Assembly (NCBI GenBank): GCA_034521815.1
Contig: JAXHLW010000013.1
Coordinates: forward strand, 1,851,110 to 1,915,109
Origin: Trueperaceae bacterium
GTDB lineage: Bacteria > Deinococcota > Deinococci > Deinococcales > Trueperaceae
Direction: 5' to 3'
DNA length: 64,000 nt
Shown piece by piece: positions 44,965 through 52,844 of this stretch. Positions within the stretch are counted from its first letter, which is position 1; every line of letters starts with the position of its first letter. Position numbers and translations under genes: made by a program. The notes under the pieces were generated by a model. It did no database searches. It was given only the letters and a program-made list of their open reading frames with translations, and was not told where the DNA came from.

Positions 44965-45062
44965 GCCCGCGGCCGGCATGGACGGACCTAGGGAGCCGAT
45001 GATCGAGGCGGCCGCGCGCCACGGGCGGTCGCCGTCCGCGTCGCAGCGGCAGGAGCCGCTTC

Positions 45063-46700
45063 ATGGGCCGCTCGCGAGCGTGGGAGATCGTGGTCGTGAT
45101 CACGGCGCTGCTGGTCGCGGCGCCGATCCTGGTGGTGCTGGCCAGCGTCGCGACGCCGACGGGCGAGATCTGGAGCCATCTGGCCTCGACCGTCCTGCCG
45201 GACTACGTCCGCAACTCGCTGGCGCTGTTGCTGGGCGTCGGGGTGGGCACCATCGTGATCGGCGTCGGTTCAGCGTGGCTGGTGACGATGACGCGCTTCC
45301 CGGGTCGCCGCCTGGCCGAGTGGGCGCTGCTGCTGCCGATGGCGATCCCCGCCTACATCCTGGCGTACGCCTACACGGACTTCCTGCAGTTCTCCGGACC
45401 GCTGCAGACGGCGCTGCGCGACGCGACCGGCTGGGGGCCGAGGGAGTACTGGTTCCCGCGGATCCGCTCGCTGGGGGGAGCGGTCGTGATGCTCACCCTG
45501 GCGCTGTACCCGTACGTGTACCTGCTCACCCGCACGGCGTTCCTGGAGCAGTCCTCGTCGATCCTGGAGGCCAGCCGGAGCCTGGGGCGAGGCGCGTGGC
45601 GAAGCTTCTTCCTGGTCTCGCTGCCGCTGGCCCGGCCGGCGATCGCGGCCGGAGCGGCGCTGGCGCTGATGGAGACGCTGGCCGACTTCGGCACGGTCGA
45701 GTACTTCGGGGTCGTCACCTTCACGACCGGGATCTACCGCACCTGGTTCGGCTTGGGCGAGCGCGCGGCGGCGGCGCAGCTGGCCGCGCTGCTGCTGGTG
45801 TTCGTGCTGGTGCTGATCGTGCTGGAACGCAGCCTGGGCAGGCGTCCGGACGCCCAGTCGCTCACGGGGCGGTTCAAGGCGCTGGCACGCTACCCGCTCC
45901 ACGGCGCACGGGCCGTGGCCGCCTCGCTGTTCGTCGGCGTGCCGGTGACGGCCGGCTTCGTGCTTCCTGCCGGGATCCTGGCGGAGATGGCGATCGCGAA
46001 CGCGCAGCGCTTCGATCCGTCGTTCTGGACCTACCTGAGGAACACGCTGACGGTCGCGACCGTCACGGCGGTCGTGACGTTGGCGACGGCGCTGCTGCTG
46101 GCGTACGGCAGGCGGCTCAGGCCCAGTCGACTGGTCCGGGTGGGCACGCGCGTCGCTGCGATGGGGTACGCGGTCCCGGGCTCGGTCATCGCGGTGGGCG
46201 TGCTGATGCACCTGGGCTGGCTGGACAATCGGATCGACGCCTGGATGCAGGCGACGTTCGGCCTGTCGACCGGCCTGCTGCTGTCCGGCACGATCGCCGG
46301 CCTGGTGTTCGCGTACGTGGTGCGGTTCCTCGCCGTGGCGTACGGCGGGGTCGAGGCGAGCCTGAACAAGATCACGCCGAACATGGACGACGCTGCACGC
46401 AGCTTGGGCCGGCGCGGCCTGGGCACGCTCCTCCGCGTGCACGTTCCGCTGCTGCGGGGCAGCCTGCTGACCGCCGGGCTGCTGGTGTTCGTGGACGTGA
46501 TGAAGGAGCTTCCGGCGACCCTGATCGTGCGGCCGTTCGACTTCGACACGCTGGCCGTGCGCGTCTACCGGCTGGCGTCGGACGAGCGGCTGGCCGACGC
46601 GGCGGCGGGAGCGCTGGCGATCGCGCTGGTGGGTCTGGTGCCGGTGATCGTGCTGAGCATCGGGATCGCCCGCAGCCGGATGAGCGATCGCCGCGGCTGA
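45063..46700 (+). CDS. Fe3+ ABC transporter permease (FbpB/FutB-like)
   Basis: Two EAA loops (EASRSLG, DAARSLG), METLADFG, KELPATL and FDTLA. Confidence 0.92.
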   Translation: MGRSRAWEIVVVITALLVAAPILVVLASVATPTGEIWSHLASTVLPDYVRNSLALLLGVGVGTIVIGVGSAWLVTMTRFPGRRLAEWALLLPMAIPAYILAYAYTDFLQFSGPLQTALRDATGWGPREYWFPRIRSLGGAVVMLTLALYPYVYLLTRTAFLEQSSSILEASRSLGRGAWRSFFLVSLPLARPAIAAGAALALMETLADFGTVEYFGVVTFTTGIYRTWFGLGERAAAAQLAALLLVFVLVLIVLERSLGRRPDAQSLTGRFKALARYPLHGARAVAASLFVGVPVTAGFVLPAGILAEMAIANAQRFDPSFWTYLRNTLTVATVTAVVTLATALLLAYGRRLRPSRLVRVGTRVAAMGYAVPGSVIAVGVLMHLGWLDNRIDAWMQATFGLSTGLLLSGTIAGLVFAYVVRFLAVAYGGVEASLNKITPNMDDAARSLGRRGLGTLLRVHVPLLRGSLLTAGLLVFVDVMKELPATLIVRPFDFDTLAVRVYRLASDERLADAAAGALAIALVGLVPVIVLSIGIARSRMSDRRG

Positions 46701-46791
46701 ACGATCGCTGTAGCCGCCGATCGATGCAGCCGACGGATCGCAGCGACGGGTCACGCCGAGATCCCCGCGCCCGTGGGTCGTCGCGATCCAG

Positions 46792-46831
46792 CGTCCGGCC
46801 CCGCCCGCAACGTGGCGGGCGGGGCCGGACG
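46792..46831. terminator. Perfect 17-bp GC-rich stem-loop between convergent genes
   Basis: CGTCCGGCCCCGCCCGC-AACGTG-GCGGGCGGGGCCGGACG, with no U-tract. Confidence 0.65.
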
Positions 46832-46872
46832 GACGGGCCGGACGCGTCAGCGGCGCAGGGCGCCGCCGCCGC

Positions 46873-47904
46873 TCAGCGCCAGCCGACGCGGTCGAAGATG
46901 CGGACCGCTTCGGGGTTGTTCCGTCCGTACAGCGAGACGTTGACGGCGTCGGTCTCGAACGCGCCGAACGCCTGCGTGACCTCGGCCGGCTCGACGCCTT
47001 CGACGACCGGGTACTCGGCGTTGCCGGCGGCGAAGACCGCCTGGGCCCGCGGGGTGGTGAGGTACTCGATGAACCGGATGGCGTTCGTCCGGTTGGGCGC
47101 GGATGCGACGACGCCGGCACCACTCACGTTCACGTGCGCGCCGCGGCCGTCCTGGTTCGGGAACAGCCACTCGACCTGCTCCCCGACCTCGCGATCGGCG
47201 GGATCGTCGCTCTGGAGGAGCCGCGCGAGGTAGTAGTGGTTCACGACCGCGACGTCGCACTCGCCGGCTGCGACGGCCCGGATCTGGTCGGTGTCGCCGC
47301 CCTGCGGCGGGCGGGCCATGTTCTCGACCACGCCGGCCGCCCACGCCTCGGCGCCGTCTTGGCCGACGCTGGCGATGAGCGAAGCGAGCAGCGACTGGTT
47401 GTAGACGTTGTTCGAGCTGCGGATGCAGACGCGGCCCTCGAAGCGGTCCTCGGCGAGCTCCTCGTACGTTCCGAGCTCGCTGGCGTCGACGCGGTCGGGC
47501 GCGTAGACGATGCCGCGCACCCGCTGCGTCAGGCCGAACCAGAGGCCGTCCGGATGCCGCAGGTACTCGGGCACCGCGGCGTTCAGGACGGGCGAGTCGA
47601 CGCTCGAGAGGAGGCCGGCCTGCTCGGCGCGCCAGAGCCTGCCCGCGTCGACGGTGATGAACACGTCGGCGGGGCTGTTGGCGCCCTCGCTCTCGATGCG
47701 CGAGATCAGCTCGTCCGAGTCGCCTTCGATCACGTTCACGGCGATCCCGGTGAGCTCTTCGAACCGCTCGTAGAGCGCTTCGTCGGTGTCGTAGTGCCGC
47801 GCGCTGTACACGTTCACGGCGGCGTCCTGTGCGAGCGCCAGCCCGCTGACGAGGACGGCCGCCGCGAGAAGCGCGGGGACGATGCGGCGAAGGAGGTGGG
47901 GCAT
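46873..47904 (-). CDS. Fe3+ ABC transporter substrate-binding protein (FbpA/FutA-like)
   Basis: Signal peptide, VYSARHY, SPADVFITVDAGRL, RSSNNVYNQSL, NHYY and HVNVSG. Confidence 0.93.
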   Translation of the reverse strand: MPHLLRRIVPALLAAAVLVSGLALAQDAAVNVYSARHYDTDEALYERFEELTGIAVNVIEGDSDELISRIESEGANSPADVFITVDAGRLWRAEQAGLLSSVDSPVLNAAVPEYLRHPDGLWFGLTQRVRGIVYAPDRVDASELGTYEELAEDRFEGRVCIRSSNNVYNQSLLASLIASVGQDGAEAWAAGVVENMARPPQGGDTDQIRAVAAGECDVAVVNHYYLARLLQSDDPADREVGEQVEWLFPNQDGRGAHVNVSGAGVVASAPNRTNAIRFIEYLTTPRAQAVFAAGNAEYPVVEGVEPAEVTQAFGAFETDAVNVSLYGRNNPEAVRIFDRVGWR

Positions 47905-48006
47905 GAGTTCCTTTCCGGCCGGCCGGGCGACCCGGTGGCCTCGACTCTCGGACGTGGAATCCTGAGTCGATCGATCGACTTTCGGTCGAAGAGTACCCAT
48001 GCCACA

Positions 48007-48055
48007 GACGCAGCGTCAATACCCGACAAGCTTGATCGGGTATCGACGCTGCGTC
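48007..48055. promoter_or_regulatory. 20-bp inverted repeat with core ATACCCGAC-N7-ATCGGGTAT upstream of the Fe3+ binding protein gene
   Basis: Arms 48007-48026 and 48036-48055 pair with one mismatch. Confidence 0.55.
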
Positions 48056-48072
48056 GACGACGTCGAGGTCGC

Positions 48073-48753
48073 TCAGCGAATCGCTTCGAGGAACTCCTGC
48101 CGCGTGCGGGGGTCGTCGCGGAACACGCCACGCATCACGCTGGTCCGGGTCGTCGAGCCTTGCTTCTCGACCCCGCGCATCATCATGCACAGGTGGCTGG
48201 CCTCGGTCACGACCGCGACGCCGACCGGCGCGAGGACCTCTTCGAGCGCCAACGCGATCTGGGAGGTCATCCGCTCCTGGACCTGCATCCTGCGCGCGAA
48301 CACGTCCACGACGCGCGCGAACTTCGACAGGCCGAGGATCGTGTCGCCCGGAATGTACGCGATGTGGGCCTTGCCGAAGAACGGCAGCATGTGGTGCTCG
48401 CACAGCGAGTAGAACTCGATGTCCTTCACGACCACCATCTCCGAGCCCTCGGCCGCGAACAGCGCGTCGTTGATCACGTCGTGAACGGACGCCTGGTAGC
48501 CGCTGGTGAGGAACCGGAGCGAGCGCTCGACGCGGTGCGGCGTCTTGACGAGACCTTCTCGCGTCACGTCCTCGCCCAGACCGTCGATCAGCTCCGCGAC
48601 CAGCGGAGCGAGGGGCGCTTCGCCGATCTCGTCGAACTCCGGACCTGCGGGGTTCATCAGGTGCGATGCGTCTCTCACGTGGGCCTCCGTCTCCATGCTA
48701 GCCGCTGCATGGGTGTCGGGGAGAGCGTTCCTCGCGTATGTGGTCGGTTCCAT
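48073..48753 (-). CDS. folE: GTP cyclohydrolase I
   Basis: [32 protein letters not shown] and HLCMMMRGV. Confidence 0.95.
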   Translation of the reverse strand: MEPTTYARNALPDTHAAASMETEAHVRDASHLMNPAGPEFDEIGEAPLAPLVAELIDGLGEDVTREGLVKTPHRVERSLRFLTSGYQASVHDVINDALFAAEGSEMVVVKDIEFYSLCEHHMLPFFGKAHIAYIPGDTILGLSKFARVVDVFARRMQVQERMTSQIALALEEVLAPVGVAVVTEASHLCMMMRGVEKQGSTTRTSVMRGVFRDDPRTRQEFLEAIR

Positions 48754-48849
48754 GTCGTCCCTCTCTGGCGGCGGCACCCGCCTCGTAGGGAGGAAGCGTA
48801 CGCCCGACGGCGCCGCACCGACCGTATGCGACCCGACGGTCGGCGCCCC

Positions 48850-48894
48850 GTCGTCGGTCACGTCGTCGGTCACGTCGGCGGTCACGTCGGCGGT
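48850..48894. repeat. 12-bp tandem repeat (CGTCG[T/G]CGGTCA, about 4 copies)
   Basis: Read directly in the folE-P460 intergenic region. Confidence 0.8.
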
Positions 48895-48989
48895 TTGACG
48901 GAAGCGCGCACGAGGTCCGTCGCACGCTTGCCCTGTACGGCTCGGTCCTTACGGCTTCGTTCTCGAACGTCCCCATCTGGAGGTCCACC

Positions 48990-49568
48990 ATGTCCACCCG
49001 CCTCGTCCGCCGTCTCTCCGCCGCCCTCTCGACCGTGCTGGTCCTCGCGCTCCTGGGCTTCGTCGCCTTCGCCCAAGACGACGGCGACGCGCCGAACGTG
49101 AACGCCTCTTGGGCCAACGTGCTCTGGGACTCGTTCGAAGCCGCGCCCTACACCGATTGGTCGTTCGAGCCCGGCGTTCCCGAGGGCTACTACGTCGGGG
49201 TCGAGCCGCACGGCATGATCCTGCGCACCTTCGCGAACGACATCGCGATTGCCGACTTCGGCTCCGGAGCCGACGCGTTCTCGTCCGGCGCCGTGATCAT
49301 CAAGGAGAACCACATGCCCACGGGCGTGGACCTGAGCAGCCTCGATCAGCAGGATCCCGTGGCCGACTTCGGTGGCGACCTGGCCGCCTGGACCTACATG
49401 GTCAAGGTTCCCGGCTTCGCGCCCGACACGGGCGACTGGTTCTACGGCCGCATCGCGGGCGACGGCAGCCTGCTGGCCGCCGGCAGTCCCGAGGGCTGCG
49501 TCGCCTGCCACTCGCAGGTCGCAGAGGACAACGACTGGGTCTTCAACGGCAGCCTCGCCGGGAACTGA
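48990..49568 (+). CDS. Cytochrome P460-family monoheme c-type cytochrome
   Basis: Signal peptide, GAVIIKEN, YMVK, GDWFY, C-terminal CVACH followed by DWVF. Confidence 0.82.
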   Translation: MSTRLVRRLSAALSTVLVLALLGFVAFAQDDGDAPNVNASWANVLWDSFEAAPYTDWSFEPGVPEGYYVGVEPHGMILRTFANDIAIADFGSGADAFSSGAVIIKENHMPTGVDLSSLDQQDPVADFGGDLAAWTYMVKVPGFAPDTGDWFYGRIAGDGSLLAAGSPEGCVACHSQVAEDNDWVFNGSLAGN

Positions 49569-49670
49569 GCAAGGCCCGAGGTCGGTACGAGGTCGGCGCG
49601 AGGTCGGCGCGAGGAGGTAGCCGCCGACCCGGCCTGACGGGGCGAAGCGCCCGTGCTAGCGTCGGGCCCG

Positions 49671-50885
49671 ATGCGCACCGATCAGCTCGATAGCTACCTC
49701 CGCTCGTTGGACGCCCGCGTCCGCGCCGTACGGCGCGACGACGCGGGCGTCTGGCTGTCGCTGAGCGACAGCGTGTTCTATCCCACCTCGGGCGGCCAGC
49801 CGCACGACACCGGCCGCCTGGCCCACGAGGGCGGCGTCGCACGCGTCGTCGACGTCGTCGCCGACGGACCCGACGCCGTCCTGCACCGCGTCGAGGGCGA
49901 CGTTCCGGCCGAGGGCCAGCCGGTCCACGCCCAGATCGACTGGGACCGCCGCTACCGGCACATGCAGCGCCACACCGCCCAACACCTGCTGAGCCAAGCG
50001 TTCCTGCACGTCGACCCGGGGTTCGAGACGCGCTCGGTCGCGCTGACCTCCGCGGACGCCACCGTGGACGTCGCCGGCGAGCCCACGGACGAGGACGTCG
50101 ACGCCGCGATCCATCTGGCACGGGACTGGGCGTACCGGACGCTCCCGATTCGCTCGTTCGAGATCGACGAGGACGCCGTCTCGTCCTATCCCCTGCGCCG
50201 CCCCCCGAAGGTGACGGGCCGGATCCGGCTGGTCGAGATGGGGGAGGTCGAGCTGTCCGCATGCGGCGGAACGCACCTCCGCACGACGGCGGAGACGCTG
50301 CCGTTGCTGGGGCTGGGACGGCAACGGATCCGGGGCGGCCTGACGCGGGTGACGTTCCGCGCCGGGCTCGAGGCGGGGCGCAGGGCTCAGCACACCGTTA
50401 CCTTGGCGGACGATCTGGCGCGCTCGTTCAGCGCTCGCTGGGACGAGCTTCCAGCCAGGATCGAGGCCCTGCGCGACGAGGTCCGCGCCGCGCGGCAGGA
50501 GGCCGACGCGGCCCTGGCCGCCTGGGCCGAGCTGCGCGTGCAGCAAGCCGAGGCGGGCGGCCGACGGATCGCGGGCGCCTCGCTGGTCCGGATCGTCGTG
50601 AGCGACGCCGCCTCGCTGGCGGCCCTGGCCGAGGCGTCCGCCCGGGTCGCGCCGGGGGCGCTGGCGCTGTTGGCGGCGCGCGAGGCGGATCGCGCGACGC
50701 TGCTGCTCCAGGCGGGCCCCGAGGCCCCGGCCGGCACCGATCTGCGCATCGCGTTGAAGGCGGCGCTGCCGCACGTAGAGGGCCGCGGCGGCGGCAAGGC
50801 CGACCGCGTTCAAGGGGCGGGCCCGGCCGCCGCCGGTGTCGAGGCCGCTCTGGACGCGGCCGAGGCCGCGTTGAGCGACGCCTGA
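49671..50885 (+). CDS. Alanyl-tRNA editing protein (AlaX-type with DHHA1 domain)
   Basis: FYPTSGGQPHDTG, HTAQH, CGGTH and GRGGGK. Confidence 0.9.
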   Translation: MRTDQLDSYLRSLDARVRAVRRDDAGVWLSLSDSVFYPTSGGQPHDTGRLAHEGGVARVVDVVADGPDAVLHRVEGDVPAEGQPVHAQIDWDRRYRHMQRHTAQHLLSQAFLHVDPGFETRSVALTSADATVDVAGEPTDEDVDAAIHLARDWAYRTLPIRSFEIDEDAVSSYPLRRPPKVTGRIRLVEMGEVELSACGGTHLRTTAETLPLLGLGRQRIRGGLTRVTFRAGLEAGRRAQHTVTLADDLARSFSARWDELPARIEALRDEVRAARQEADAALAAWAELRVQQAEAGGRRIAGASLVRIVVSDAASLAALAEASARVAPGALALLAAREADRATLLLQAGPEAPAGTDLRIALKAALPHVEGRGGGKADRVQGAGPAAAGVEAALDAAEAALSDA

Positions 50886-50967
50886 CCGAGGCGGTCGACC
50901 GAGACGCCCGACCCGGGCGCCCGACCGTGGCGCCCGACCGTCGCGCCCGCGATGTCGCCCCCATAAC

Positions 50968-50996
50968 TCGGAACGGTTCCGAAAACGTACTACGCT
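50968..50996 (+). promoter_or_regulatory. dps promoter: 7-1-7 palindrome TCGGAAC-G-GTTCCGA followed by -10 TACGCT
   Basis: Palindrome at 50968-50982 and TACGCT at 50991-50996. Confidence 0.55.
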
Positions 50997-51081
50997 TGGA
51001 GGCGAGCCAAGGGACCGCACCGTCCATGGTGGACGGCGCTCCCCGACACTTCACAGCAAGGCACGTTTCTAGGAGGATTTC

Positions 51082-51585
51082 ATGGCTACCACCACCAAGA
51101 CCGCGACCACCTTCAAGACCCGCATCGACATCGAGCCCGACGCCCGCAAGGAGCTCGTCGGCCTTCTGAACCAGCAGATGGCGGACAACGCCGATCTGTA
51201 CAGCCAGACCAAGCAGGCGCACTGGAACGTCAAGGGCCCGGACTTCATGCAGCTGCACCTGTTGTTCGACCAGGTGGCCGCCATGGTCGAGCCGTTCACG
51301 GACGAGCTCGCCGAGCGCGTCACCGCCCTGGGCGGCTACGCGACCGGCACCGTGCGGATGGCGGCGGAGGCCACCACGCTGCAGGAGTTCCCCATCGACG
51401 CGCGCGACGGCAAGGCCCACCTCGAAGCGCTGGCCGATGCCTACTCGGCGTACGCCGCCAGCACGCGCCAGGCGATCGAGCGCGCCTCTCAGATCGGCGA
51501 GCCCACCACCGAAGACCTGTTCACCGAGATCTCGCGCGACGTCGACAAGGCGCTGTACTTCATCGAAGGTCACCTGCAGGGCTGA
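51082..51585 (+). CDS. dps: DNA starvation/stationary-phase protection protein Dps
   Basis: KQAHWNVKGPDF..LH.LFD and DELAER ferroxidase motif, with AGGAGG RBS. Confidence 0.95.
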   Translation: MATTTKTATTFKTRIDIEPDARKELVGLLNQQMADNADLYSQTKQAHWNVKGPDFMQLHLLFDQVAAMVEPFTDELAERVTALGGYATGTVRMAAEATTLQEFPIDARDGKAHLEALADAYSAYAASTRQAIERASQIGEPTTEDLFTEISRDVDKALYFIEGHLQG

Positions 51586-52015
51586 GAACCGACATCGAAT
51601 CCGGGCCGGCCACGACGCCGAGCCCGATCAGCGATCCCGCGCGGACTCACGTCCACGCGGGATCGCTCGTTCGACCTCGCACACTCGCCGGCTCGAGCTC
51701 GCCGGCTCGAGCTCGCCAGCTAGCAGGGCACGCCGGCTGGTGGATTCCGTCGCCAAATGCGACGTCCGGATGCGAGCACGTATCTCACGATCCACGTTGT
51801 CGCCTATGCGCAACGACGGCCCCCGCGTGCGCACGTCGATCGACGCGATGCGTCGTGGACGATGCTCCCGGCAGGTCCGTCCATCGTCATGGGTATTTTG
51901 GCTGCGCCGTTTCCTATGGACGACGAGGAGGGTTCACGGACACCGACCTCACCGCGCAGCGGATCGTGTGCCGGCCCGCGACACGTGGTCCCATTCCTGA
52001 GTAGAATGCCCGGTA

Positions 52016-52333
52016 ATGAACGATCAGGGCATCTCCGAACACAAGCTGCGCTACCGGGCGCTGGTGGACCGCCGGCGCCTCGGATTCGAGCTCGAGCGCA
52101 TCCGCTCGCGGGTCGAGGCCCACCCGGCCTGGCACGAGCGGCCGCTGGCGCAGCGTCGCGCGATCGAAGCCACGTTGACCCCGAACGAGGTCCGTCCCGA
52201 CGCCGACCTTGGGCGCCTGGACGGCGAAGTGCGAGCGGCGACGCTGCGTATCGTCACGCTGGCCAAGGCGCTCCGCGCGCTGGACACCGGCGAGCCGCTC
52301 CCCGAGCCGCCCGGAGCCACGCCGGCCACCTGA
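52016..52333 (+). CDS. Hypothetical protein (105 aa)
   Basis: ATG 8 nt after TAGAAT; helical protein-like composition. Confidence 0.6.
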   Translation: MNDQGISEHKLRYRALVDRRRLGFELERIRSRVEAHPAWHERPLAQRRAIEATLTPNEVRPDADLGRLDGEVRAATLRIVTLAKALRALDTGEPLPEPPGATPAT

Positions 52334-52345
52334 CGCGCCCAGAGG

Positions 52346-52771
52346 TCAGGCCTCGAAGCCGCCCTCGCTGGTCTCGTCGTCCAAGCCCGAGTTCTCGAGC
52401 ACCTCTTCGGCCACCAGGATCGGCGCGTCCACCCGGACCGCGACGGCCAGGGCGTCGCTGGGGCGCGCGTCGATGTCGAAGCGCACGCCGCCCCGCTCGA
52501 TGACCAGCATCGAGTAGAACGTCCCCTCGATCAGATCGGTGATCTCGACCTGGACGACCTCGGCCCCGAGCACCTCCAACAGCGACAGCATCAGATCGTG
52601 CGTCAACGGTCGCGACGACTTCTCGCCGCTCCGTCCGGCCGCGATCGCGAGAGCCTGCATGGCGTCCACCACGATCGGCAGAATTCGCTCGTCCTCGTCC
52701 GCGCGGAGCAGCAGCAGGAACTGCTTGCCCTCGCCCGAAACGGCGATGTCGTCGAGGCGCATTCGGATCAT
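52346..52771 (-). CDS. Bifunctional nuclease family protein (DUF151)
   Basis: RILPIVV, RPLTHDL and DARPSDALAVA. Confidence 0.92.
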   Translation of the reverse strand: MIRMRLDDIAVSGEGKQFLLLLRADEDERILPIVVDAMQALAIAAGRSGEKSSRPLTHDLMLSLLEVLGAEVVQVEITDLIEGTFYSMLVIERGGVRFDIDARPSDALAVAVRVDAPILVAEEVLENSGLDDETSEGGFEA

Positions 52772-52844
52772 GACGCGAGCATAGCGCAGCCGCGCAGAAC
52801 GCCCTGCCAGAGGTGATGCTGGACGTCCTGCTAGACTCGATCGC

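Noticed and set aside
48850..48894. CRISPR-like array
   Set aside because: 12-bp units are directly adjacent with no spacers, and no cas genes are in the window.
48754..48900. Folate/pterin riboswitch upstream of folE
   Set aside because: Hairpins exist, but I could not match THF, THF-II or ZTP consensus features by eye. An Rfam scan is needed.
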